The notes beneath the pieces were generated by a model. It did no database searches. It was not told the DNA's origin and saw only the letters and a list, made by a program, of their open reading frames with translations. From Selaginella moellendorffii (taxonomy: Eukaryota; Plantae; Lycopodiophyta), in the NCBI RefSeq assembly GCF_000143415.4, contig NW_003314295.1, positions 248,001 to 312,000 of the forward strand: a stretch of 64,000 nt of DNA, read 5' to 3'. The stretch's first letter is position 1. Every line of letters begins with the position of its first letter. Shown piece by piece: positions 38,339 through 51,365 of the stretch. Position numbers and translations under genes: made by a program.

Positions 38339-40175
38339 CTTCCATTGGGCAAAAAACCTTTTAAACAGACTATGTATTATAAGATTGGGAAGAATGCTAT
38401 AAGTTAAATAACAAAATGTTTGAAAACAGATATTACTTTAAAATATTTTATGTGAAGTTAAACTAATTGAATTAAATCTTTAAAATGTTTATAATAACTA
38501 GATAATAATCCTTATAAGAAACTAATATAATTATCCAGACTTTTATGAATATACACATCTTTAATTTTTAAAGTATATATGGGATTTTGTTAAGCTGTAT
38601 ATATAATATTTTGTATATAATGATTTATTTTTACCAAAAAGTGATATAAATATCTCTGAGTTAATTTTAAAGTCAGAAGTATAGTTTATTTTGACAGTTT
38701 AAATATTAGATTTATTAATAAATTTCTCTTATAAAAACTTCATTATTAATTTTTATTTTATAAAATTAAAATGTTGAGCAGATCATGAAAATCAACATGT
38801 AATTTATTTCATATGGTATGCATGTACTTTAAAAATATTTACAAGATTGTATTTGAACAATGTTTCTATCTTAGTAAGACATCATTAAAAATTTGCCATG
38901 AGAGCTGGATTCCTTGCTAGTTAATTAATATATTTTTGAAAAATTATGGTATAAAATTGAACTGGAAACTTCGGCTTGCCGTGTTTTCATTTTTTAATCA
39001 TACATTTATATTAGTAAAACAGGGTTATAAGATTTTAGAAGGGGGGAGTTTTTTTTCTGGGGTGGAGAAATTTCCAGGTAAGGGACACATGGAACCCCAC
39101 CCTAACACAAGATATTAGCTTATTCTAAATTCTTATCTAACTAATCCTTAGCACTTCATTGCAGAGAATAGATCTAGTGCAACCTCTCTATTGCCACACT
39201 ACAGTTGGGAACTTGAAAATTTAGTTTTGCAATTGTGTAGGGAGAATATACTTAGATTATATAGCTACATTACAGAAGTTCCTCCTAGCAAATAGACTAA
39301 TGACATCAGCTCTCTAATGTAAAAGCCTTTTCTTTCTATCTACCAATCTCAAGTGGCAATTATAGAAGCCAGCAATTCCATCTCTAAGATAAAGAGGGTA
39401 ATGAGTTGCACTCCATTGCTTTCAAGAACAATATTAGCAAAGATCATTACATGTCTAGGGTGGAAGCTATGGAGTACATGTTGAGCTATGCCCAAGTAGA
39501 AAAAGAGGATGCATGACATTAAGGATGCAAAAGTAGATCCTATGAAGTTTTTGAAACTTTAAATTTGTTTAAATAGAGAACAAAAGAATTCACCTATCTA
39601 TACAAAATAGAAGCACTTACAAAGAACATAAACAATTGGAGTTTATGTAAATGCTGCATGGAGGCATTTGCATAGAAGCTACATATGACTGTCAATATAC
39701 TCAAATATGGATCAAACTCCCAATTTTATGTATTTTTGCTCTCAACTAATGTGAATAAACAACCTTACTCCTCAATAGTGTGGCTTGTTCACCTTTGTAT
39801 AAAAAAGGGGTGTATTTCTATATTTAGAGCCTACTTATCATTTCTAAAAATACCTAAAACACATTTCTTTATTAAGTAGTATATCTATATATTTGTTCTA
39901 CAAATAAAATTGAGATATAAAATGAAAACTCAATCTAATGAGTGGTGCTCATAATGTTAATTCATGCTTATAAACAAAATAAATTACCCCATTAAAATTA
40001 CCTTTTCGTCTTCTTTTTTTTAGTATTGTAGTGATTACCACTATATGCTATGCATGCTTGTCTAGTCATTTACAAATTTGATGATGTGTGTAGCAGCCAG
40101 AAGTAAAAGCCACAATCATATAGTCAACTTGCAAGAATTTATAAATGAAAAATACTTTTAAAACTATAGGGAAAA

Positions 40176-41150
40176 TGTAATGCATGTGGTTTTGACCCTT
40201 TATCCTATGGTGATTTACCATAGGATAACACCAAAAAGCGGAACCTAAACCTTCTTTATGCCATATGACACATGCCAGACGCAGAACAAGGACAGACACA
40301 CAAGCAGGAGCTTCAGGTTGGTTAGCCATGCTCAACTTACCCACTATCCCTAATATACATTTGGAACCCCCCCGTAGCCCAACCACCCACCCCCCCTTAA
40401 GGAACACATGCTTTGGGCTTTCACCTTAAGCCTCCCTCAGTATCAGGAGTTAGTATCTGGGACAAACTTGAAACTGTAAGCAACCAAAGGGAACGACTTG
40501 AGAGACGGTCCATGGGGTTCAAATATAGAGGGAAAGGGCCCATGAATAAGAGTGCACCCCCTTTTCCAATTGGTTAAGGGTCTTGGGATAGTTGAAGTTA
40601 AGCGTCCTTGGGTTTGAATAGTACTGGGTTGGGTGACCTCTCGGGAAGTCTAAATTCAGGAGCTTACATTTGGTATCAGAGGGGTCTCGAGTCCGACTCT
40701 TTTGGTTGGCTAGGGGAATCACACCACATGGTCCGACTCTTTTGGTTGGCTAAGGGAATCACACCACATGTTGATTGACATCTGGTTGGTCCAGTTTGCT
40801 CCCGCTGGGCTTGACCCAAGGGGTAGGGTGTCAAGAGAGCGAGGCTCTCGAGAGAGCTGCGGCTCTCAGCTTCCGTTCACGAGGGCGTGAACTTGCAGGG
40901 AAGCGTGGTGGATTGTAAGCAACCAAAGGGAACGACTTGAGAGACGGTCTATGGGGTTTAAATATAGAGGGAAAGGGCTCATGAATAAGAGTGCACCCCC
41001 TTTTTCAATCGGTTAAGGGTCTTGGGATAGTTGGAGTTAAGCGTCCTTGGGTTTGAATAGTACTGGGTTGGGTGACCTCTCGGGAAGTCTAAATTCAGGA
41101 GCTTACAGAAATTTACTAAATATAAAATGACACTAGACATGGGACGAGTT
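40176..41150 (-). mobile_element. LTR fragment (related to families A/B) hosting Cassandra copy 3
   Basis: Minus strand ends ...CATTACA at 40176 and carries GGTGAAAGCCCAAAGC and GGGGTTCCAAATGTATATTAGGGATAGTG, as in the LTR at 6514. Confidence 0.6.
40475..41107 (+). mobile_element. Cassandra TRIM, copy 3 (best preserved)
   Basis: 194-bp LTRs 40475-40668 and 40914-41107 (TGT...ACA), PBS TGGTATCAGAG at 40671, purine-rich GGGAAGCGTGGTGGA before the 3' LTR, 5S A/C-box-like region 40596-40650, and TSD GAAAC/GAAAT. Confidence 0.95.
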
Positions 41151-41499
41151 TATGTGTTGTGGGTGCTTTACATAACCCACAACACATTTAATAAAAAAAA
41201 TAATTATGAAAAAGAAAGATTCATAAAAGTTGCAATGGAAGAACACTACAACCCATATAACAAGAGACTAAACTTATACGTTTATGTAACAAGAACGTTA
41301 ATGTGACCTCTAGGTAGGTGTTCAAATAGCTAAAGCATCTTCTTTCACTATAAAACTTGTGCCAGAAAACGTGTTGCTATCTATACAAGAAAAATCAAAG
41401 TTCAAGAGAAGAGAAGAAAAATAAGAGATAAAAAAATGAGAAAAAACAAAAAAAGAAAAGCAAGGTGTTTATACATAAATGGATGTTCTCTAACTGGAT

Positions 41500-42697
41500 G
41501 TCTGGATTTGGAACCACCACATGCCGATCGAACTGACCAGGACGGATAAGCGCCTTGTCGAGAGATTCGGGGAAGTTCGTAGCCGCGATCACTATGATGC
41601 CTTCGTTTTGCTTGAAACCGTTCAGCTCCACCAGCATGTACTGTTGGTCCTTGGGATTTCAGCTCCCACCTATTGCATCAATTTCGTCCATGAAGATTAT
41701 GCATGGCGAGTGCTTGCGAATAAGTCCCGCACTTGCCGAGCACCACATCCGACGAACACTTCCTCGAACTCGCTCCCGCTGCAATAGAAAAACGGTACCC
41801 CTGCTTCACCAGCAGTTGCCCGAGCCAGCATCGTCTTTCCAGTCGCTGCATTGCAAGCCATGCTCTACGATGCTTACCTTTGCTGAGGCCCTTATAATGG
41901 CCCCAACGCCAGAGAGAAGGAGAAAGCCCAGAGCCAAGGTTCGAACAGTCCGCCACACTTGAACTCTAAAACCTCCTTCGGACGTGACCATGTGGATTGG
42001 CGCACTGGGAGAGCCCAAAATTCCGTCTTTCGTGGCTGCTCCTACTGCCGGAAATGCCGAAGACATGATCGGTCGCGCCTCAGCTTGAGCGATGCAGTTA
42101 CTCTTACACAGTTAAAAAAAAAAAAGAGGATCAGATCCGATAAAGAAAGAGTTACAGCGTTTACCTCTTTGCAGCGTTTTCAACAAGGCACTGTCATCGA
42201 GCCTATCGACCTTGACGAGAGCTTTGAGATACTCGGCCAAAGCACCGGCGCTGTGCTGCGGAAGTGGTCTACTCTCGAACCACCAAATCACTCCCTCGGG
42301 ATCCACCTTGTTAAGATCTCTTAGAAACTTCACTTGTTTCTCCGAGCATCGGGCCATCCTTCTCTCTCCAGCTCCTCCAGCCTTCTCGAGAAATTGCTTG
42401 TGTAGCTCGACATGCAGCGTCTCTTGAGGCGATTCAACACGATCCCTGCGCCATCCGAAATTCAAGCGTCATTAGCAACGGGAAGAGAACGAGGGAAATC
42501 GGATAGAAAAATGCCTGCATCCAGCTGCTTCAACACAATCGCGCGTCCCAGCCCATACAAGGATGCCGCCGACACCATCTGCTTGGCGGAGGAGCCTCCC
42601 TGTGGTCGAAATCCGCGGGCAATCAGCGCGGGCGCAGCCCTAATGGGAGAGAGGAAAGAGAGCGCCATACCTTCTCCAGCAACTGACGCCATGCCAT
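41500..42697 (-). pseudogene. FTSH4: FtsH4 fragment B, including the native start
   Basis: Starts MAWRQLLEK|GT; DPEGVIWWFES...ALAEYLKALVKVDRLDDSALLKTLQRG; [11 protein letters not shown]. An internal deletion removes the Walker A region, and the fragment is truncated after VVVPNPD. Confidence 0.9.
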
Positions 42698-43039
42698 GCC
42701 GCCCGAGCTCCCAAAATCGATCCTTCACGCGCTAGGGCGGCCTCCGCGAGAAGTCCCCAAACCATCAAGAACACGAGAATACCCAGAGGGTTTCAACCCC
42801 TCCTCCTCGCTCCTCCGCGTTTCAATTTCGTGGCATATTCTCCCGCGTGAGACCGAATATTCTAAAGTACACATTCAAAAAAAAAAAACCCAGCCTTTTG
42901 GCTGGTTATATAATTCAAAGAAAACTGTACATTCTCTTCATTGTAAAAAATGTTGTGATGCCCCTGGAGCTATCGTTATGGGGGCAGCACCGAGTTTCTT
43001 CGTTCTTTAGAATTTCTCCCACGAAAACCAATTGATCGA

Positions 43040-46000
43040 TCATCGGTTCTGGAAGTTGAAAACTTTGATGCAGATGGCGAAGCACACCGCGAAGACGACG
43101 ACGAGGCCGACGTGAACTCCGGCCACGACGCCCAAGAAGTCGTGCCTGAACCCAAAGTTGGACCTCAAGAAGCGCTCCACGGTCGTCTCTTCGCCGTCGG
43201 CCCGGAACAACGGCGTGGTGACATCTCCAAGCTGAGACGTGAAGAGGCCGTAGAGAGACCACGCCGGTGGCGAGGCCCAGTAGTACCACCTCCACCACAC
43301 TGGAATTGCCTGAGAGACACCAAGAAACAAACCAAAGTGTTAAGAAATCGGAAAAGAAATGTGTGGAATTCATGAACTTACGGGTCGAGGGATGATGAAG
43401 CCAGAGAACAGGTTCCAGATTCCGAAGAATGCCGAGGATACGATGGTTGCAATCTGGTCGTTGGGTGACAGCGCCACCGTCACCATGCCGTAGAGCGTGA
43501 AGTAGAGGAACGTCATGTACAAGAAGAAGAGGAACCACAAGAACTTGGCTGCTGTCCATTCCAGCTGCATCGTCGCGTACACAATGAGTCCATACGCGAA
43601 GGCTTGCACGAACACGTAGGGAATCTCGATCAGGACCTGGACGCACGGAGTTTTCCTTGATGAGTCAAACGAAATCTGAAGAGTCGGATGTATGCCTTAC
43701 CTGAGCAAAAGCATATGGAAGGGGAGAGTACATTCCAGCGGCTCTTTCTCGATAGTAGACCGTTCGCTCGATAGCAACGACTGGCTGCACTCCTGACAAA
43801 TTGCTGAACCCAATGAAGAGCACAGCAGCGTATATAGATCCCATCAGATTAAAGAGGTCTTGTTCTCGTGATCTGCTCACGAGAGAAAGGCAGGAGTCAG
43901 AACCAACGCTCGATTGAACTACACAACGTTTACCTTTTGGAGCCGATGTCCCAAAACATTGTGCCAAATATTATCGCGACAACCAAGGTGAAGAACATGC
44001 GAACCAGAACGTAGTATGGATTTTTCCAGTATGACTGATGTTGTTTCCACAAGCATCCCATGACCTGTCCGAGGAACGACAGAGGGTATTGCGTTGGAAA
44101 CCATATGTCCTCCGTGCCGGGAACCGGAGTGCTCAGCTGAGTAATAATAGCTTCATTGTGCCTAGACACACCAGTGGTTTAGCCAAGAAAGAGATAATGG
44201 TCAAGTGTGCTTACTGGTAGACTGGAGAAGTTTTATAGATGTCCGCAAAATCTACTCCCAGACGATTCTCCACGTCTGCAGCGGTAACCTCTAACATCCA
44301 TGTAGCTGGATTGTATCCTTCTCTTATGTTAGGAACACCGCTGATACCCTGGGGAAATTAATCCATATAAATCATCTCAAGTCTGCAAGAACAAAGCAAG
44401 CGACTTACCTGGAAGTATTCAACAAGTTTGTGCGAGTTCTTTCCCAAGGAACCTGCGTAGATAACGCGCCCTCCGCGTTTCATCAACAGAAGCTGGAGAA
44501 AGCAGGCAGGTTTTCAAGAGAGTTTGCAAGGTAATAATCCCGTACCTCATCGAAGGCCTCAAAAATGTCAATGCTAGGCTGATGAATGGTGCAGACGACA
44601 GTGCGACCGGTGTCGACAGTGTTGCGGACCGTTCTCATGACAATTGCTGCCGCTCGTGCATCCAGTCCGGAAGTTGGCTCGTCCATGAAAATAATTGAAG
44701 GATTTGCAACGAGCTCCACGGCAATTGTCAGTCGTTTCCGCTGCTCGGTCGAAAGTCCATCAACTCCAGGGAGACCAACCAACGCATCCCGGAGAGGGTT
44801 AAGCTCTACAAGCTCCATAACTTCTTCCACAAACATCTGTTCCAAAACTCACCTTAGCAAACTTGACTACGAAAAACATCTCTCTCCTTACCTTTTTCGT
44901 CCCCTTATCAATGTCATTCGATAGTCGGAGCCAAGCAGAATAAACCAGTGACTCGTACACTGTAACGTTGGGTGAATGAATGTCAGTTTGTTCGCAATAA
45001 CCCGAAATCCTAGCAAAAGTAGCCTGGTTTTTGGGATAGCCGGAGATGCGAATGTCGCCTTCAATGTAGCCACCAGTTTTACGCCCGGCTAAAACATCCA
45101 TGAGAGTTGTCTTTCCAGCACCGCTTACACCGACAAGAGCCGTGAGGACTCCAGGCCTGAAGCTACTGCTTACGTCGTGCAGCAACTGTAATCTATTTTC
45201 TGTCACGCCTTGTTGCTTCATTTCCTGTTACAAGTGCATTAGAACTCAATATCCTACAAAGGAAATGCGTAAAAGCATACCGCGGGCATGTCAACGTAGT
45301 AGTTAACATGATTGAATGACATTGCTAAAGCTTGAAACGGGAGTATCATTCCCCTTTTAGAATCGGCACCCATTCGACCAGACGTAAGCTCCAAATCTCC
45401 TGGCATTCGATGTTAGACCATATAATGAAATTTGTGATGGCACCATTACCTGCATTAGAAGATCTGCCCGATCGCTTTGATTTTGCACGCACTGATCTTT
45501 CTGAGACTTCGCCGGTACGGTTCACGTTCTGCTCTTCTAGTATTTCCTCAGACACTACGGCCTGCGGTTTTCCAGGAGCTGTTTAAATAGAAAAAATGAG
45601 TACCTACATGGAGAAAAGAAATAGATTTCTACGTACCGCTGAAGTAAGCGAGTGCCAAAGTGAAAACAACGTTGAAGAAAATGGCATAAGCCAACTGAGC
45701 ACCAGTTCCAAGCCAATACCAGTTTTTATTGGGGAACAGGCCTCGAGACTCTAGAACTTGGTTGCCAACGGTGGTGGTCTGATTGGCATTTTCGAGAATC
45801 TGCCATCTTGATGCACTGAACTCGTTCACGGCAAGCGCATTCTGTGCGTACATCATGGGCGACGACCAATATCCCCAAATCCACCAAGGTTCAATGTCCT
45901 CTGGAAATTAAAGACCATTATAAGTTGTGCTACCTGAGTATAGTCAATGGATTACCTCTAGAAAGAAGAAAACCACCGAGGACAAGAACTATCAGCAGCG

Positions 46001-48598
46001 TGAAAGAGCCGAAGGTGTTCGCTACAACCATAGTCCGAGAAAGTGAAGCAATGAATCGGAAAAGACCTCCCGACATTTGATGAATTAGGAACATGAGGAG
46101 GAACTGCTGGAAGAACCTGAAACACTCAAACATAAAATATCAACACTATTTCTCACTAAACATCAATGTAACAAACCTGGCGGCACTAGGAGCAAATCCA
46201 ACCACGTAGTACGTCATGCACACCCAAAGTGCTGATTCGAGCAGGGACACTGGAATTCGAGTGATCACGTTAGGAAGAGAAAATGCCCACGCAGGAAATA
46301 GCATCTGGTCCCGCTGCTTGTAAAATACGGAAGGCGCGCAATGGTCATCGACAACTCCGCCAATCCATTAAACATGACCATCATCAGGCCGAAGAACAAG
46401 GCTCCCATGTAGAGACTGCCATCGCCAACAGTTCTGTGATGCATTTCGGTCCGGAGAAACACAGTCATCGTGATTACGGCTATAACAATCAGCTGCATTG
46501 GAAATTTTAGTATCAGATATATAGATTTTAGTCTTCGATAGCATACCTGAGAACCTTTGAACACGTAGACGAATGAGTTCCTCTTCATCAAAAGTATCTC
46601 CCGCGCCAAGAGAGCCTTGAAAAGCTCCCAGTTACTAAGAGCGTACTTCTGAGTGACAAGAGCTGCCGGATGGCTTTTACTCTTGTCAAAAGGCCGCGCC
46701 AATTCTTCAGCAATGTTCTGACCGACATGGAACTTTTGAAAGGCATCCGCGAACTCCTGGACAGGTATAAATCTGTATGGCATCCTCTTGTCAGCCCAAT
46801 ACTGTTCCTGGTCTTTCCTTGACGTAACTTCTTGCAAAAAGTCCGCGACGCCTTTCCTCGGAGGACATTTAAATCCCTGCGTCTCGAAGAAATCCAACAC
46901 GAGTTCCCGGGGCCCCTGATATACAATCTGCCCCTCCGATAGAAGAATCAAGTCGTCGAAAAGCTCAAACGTCTCGGGAGCAGGCTGGAGCAAGGAGATG
47001 ACCATGGTAGCATCGAGCACATGGACAAACTGCCTTAAGCTCTTCACTATCTGAAATGTGGTCGAGCTGTCAAGACCGGTTGAAATCTCGTCCATGAAAA
47101 GAGACTTTGCAGGCCCAACGAGCATCTCTCCTGCAAATTAAACATTTGTCATAAACAAATCGTGACCAAAAAGCTTCCAAGTCTTACCTGTAGTGACACG
47201 CTTCTTTTGTCCTCCAGAAATACCCCTGCGCATGGCGTCTCCGACAAGTATATCAGAACAAACGTCCAAACCCAAAATCTGGAAGCGAAAAAATGCATGA
47301 GAACCGCGAATCCTCTTTGATCACGATCCAAAACACGCTTACCTTCAGCACATAGTCCGTTACAATGGAGGTCTCCTGACCCTCTATAGCCGACGCCTGT
47401 AAGAAGCTCGTAAGAACGCTGCCAACCACAAAGTGCTTATTACCTTCATGAACGCATCAACATCGGGATCCGGTTTGATCTTGGCGTTTTTCTCCCGTCT
47501 TGAAAGCTCCATTATCATCTCTGACACAAGTTATAGGAAAGTCAATTCCACTTGCACGCCAACCCAGGACGTTGCTTACCATATCTGCTTCCCACTCCTT
47601 GACACCTAGAAGCAAAATCAAACGTCTCCCTCACTGTCAACTCTCCGCTATGCAAGTCGTGTTGGCTTATGTAAGCAGAAGTCCTTTGAGGCACAAATTC
47701 AGTCAATGTGTGGCCATTGTAGGTGACTCTCCCAGAAACCTGTAAAGTAAAATCTAAGATGAGAACCATCTCCTAAAAGCTAGAGGACTTCCTTGCCTTA
47801 AGGCTTTGGTCCAACTTTCCAGAAAGCGCCAGAAGCAGCGTAGTTTTCCCTGCGTTAGGAGGGCCCAGCAGAAGTGTCATCCTGTAGAGAAGTATGAGTA
47901 CAAGATTTTCGCCGAAAGCTGCAGCAATTTCATTACCTGGAAGGCTTCACGATACCACTAACGTTGCGCAAAATCGTGAGGACGTGTTTCTTAGAAGGGA
48001 GCAAGTGTAGCTTTCCCAAGATTTGCTGGAAAAACAAATCACAACAAAAAAGTAAGAGCCAGAGAGCGATGAAAAGATTTTTTCGTTAATAATACGAACC
48101 TGGGACATGTTGATGACAAAGTTAAACAGCGTCGGTAGAGCTCGCTTGCCGACACGTACAGCAGCTTCGATTTGAAGTCCTTCGTACCTCACCTCGATTT
48201 TGGGAAGGTCTATCCCGACTCTGAGACAATTGTTCCAAGAGTGAGAAGAAACTCGAATCAAAACAGTTCTACTACCTGTCGATCCTTTCCCGGAGCTTGC
48301 GGATGAACATCTCGTTCTCCGTGTCCGTTGTTGCCAAGAGCTTCTCCACAAGATTCCTCCTCTCCGTGAGGCCCAAGGACTTGACATCAATGTGCTCGTG
48401 GCGAGTGCTCCCATGCTCGCCCACGTTCTTGATTATGGCCGTCCGGAGGCGATCGTATGTGGGAAGCTTCTCCAGCGCGGCCCATTTCAGGGCCTCCTCA
48501 TCGTCCACCTCCCTGACCGAGCTGCGCGAGAAGACATTTTCCGTCCACGATCGCGAGCTCGCCGCTCTCATCAGCTCCACGTCGGTCGGAAGCGCCAT
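43040..48598 (-). pseudogene. Full-size ABCG (PDR) transporter, copy 2; 1-bp deletion near 46328
   Basis: Near-identical to copy 1 including introns. It reads [10 protein letters not shown]... instead of [12 protein letters not shown] because of a missing base. Confidence 0.88.
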
Positions 48599-49561
48599 CG
48601 CTCCCCCCTTGTCCCCTCTTTCGCGACGATCCAATGCAATATTTTCGGCAATATCTGGAATTCCGGGCCCAGATCCTGGCGCTACATCCCTGGATCGATC
48701 GAGCCGGAAGAAATGAGGAGAATGGAAAATAGTTTGGGAGCTAGGGCTTTATATAACGTGGACACTTGGCCTCTTTGGACCATGGCCGAAAACTTCCACA
48801 AACAACCCCATGCTACTCCATGGAAGCTTCTCATTTAGACGCTTCTGGGCTGGGATTTGATCCGACGGTCCAGACGCTTAACTAGAAAGCACACGTGATG
48901 CTGTGATTTCATGACCCTCTGCTATGGAACATATGGAGAGTCCTCGCCAATAAAAACCTGTTCTAGACAAAGTAGGAGTGCTCTTCTCGACGCACACGCT
49001 TTGGCGGGGATGAAAAGTTTTCTTCCCGGGTTTTTGCGCGAAATTTCGAAATAGAAGCGCTGACAGGGGTGAATATGCCGCGTACACTAGTTGTTTCAGC
49101 AATGGTGTTTGAACACCACCAATAAGATTGGAAAAAAGAATGGTGGTTGTTTCCTCGAATTCGACCGGAATCGTTCGGCTATTCAATGTGACCTGATCAA
49201 AGGTCTTTACAAATTGTAGTAACTTTTGATTACTGAAGAAATCTTATGTTTACTGGAGTTATTTTATTCAATATAATTCAATCTCAAAGTTAACTAGTTT
49301 GGAGTCAACTTTTATTTGCGATCTTTGAGCAGCATTCAAGATAGTTTTGCTCGGTGGAAGGAGGTCCCGTGCTAATGTAAAACACTTCGGATTACTAGCA
49401 GTTTTTTTAAGTACAACTAGTGGTAGAGTTTGATCTCATTACTAGCAGCTTTTAAATACAATATGTGCTGTCATAAGATCTCGCTGCGCTATATGCTAAA
49501 CATTCGCGTTTGCAAATCAAAAGATTTCAAAGAAATCGATTGAGATTCTCATCTTGTAACC

Positions 49562-51365
<1,804 letters not shown>

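Larger units (their letters stand above)
39280..41495. repeat. AT-rich dispersed repeat, copy 2, interrupted by an LTR fragment and a Cassandra
   Basis: Homologous to 33520-35080 and 58450-60185 outside 40176-41160. Confidence 0.85.

Noticed and set aside
40596-40650. 5S rRNA gene
   Set aside because: Only the internal promoter portion is present, embedded in paired LTRs; it belongs to Cassandra.
42462-42728. Transit-peptide-like ORF MASVAGEG...
   Set aside because: Wrong frame; the FtsH4 start is MAWRQLLEK at 42697, followed by a GT donor.
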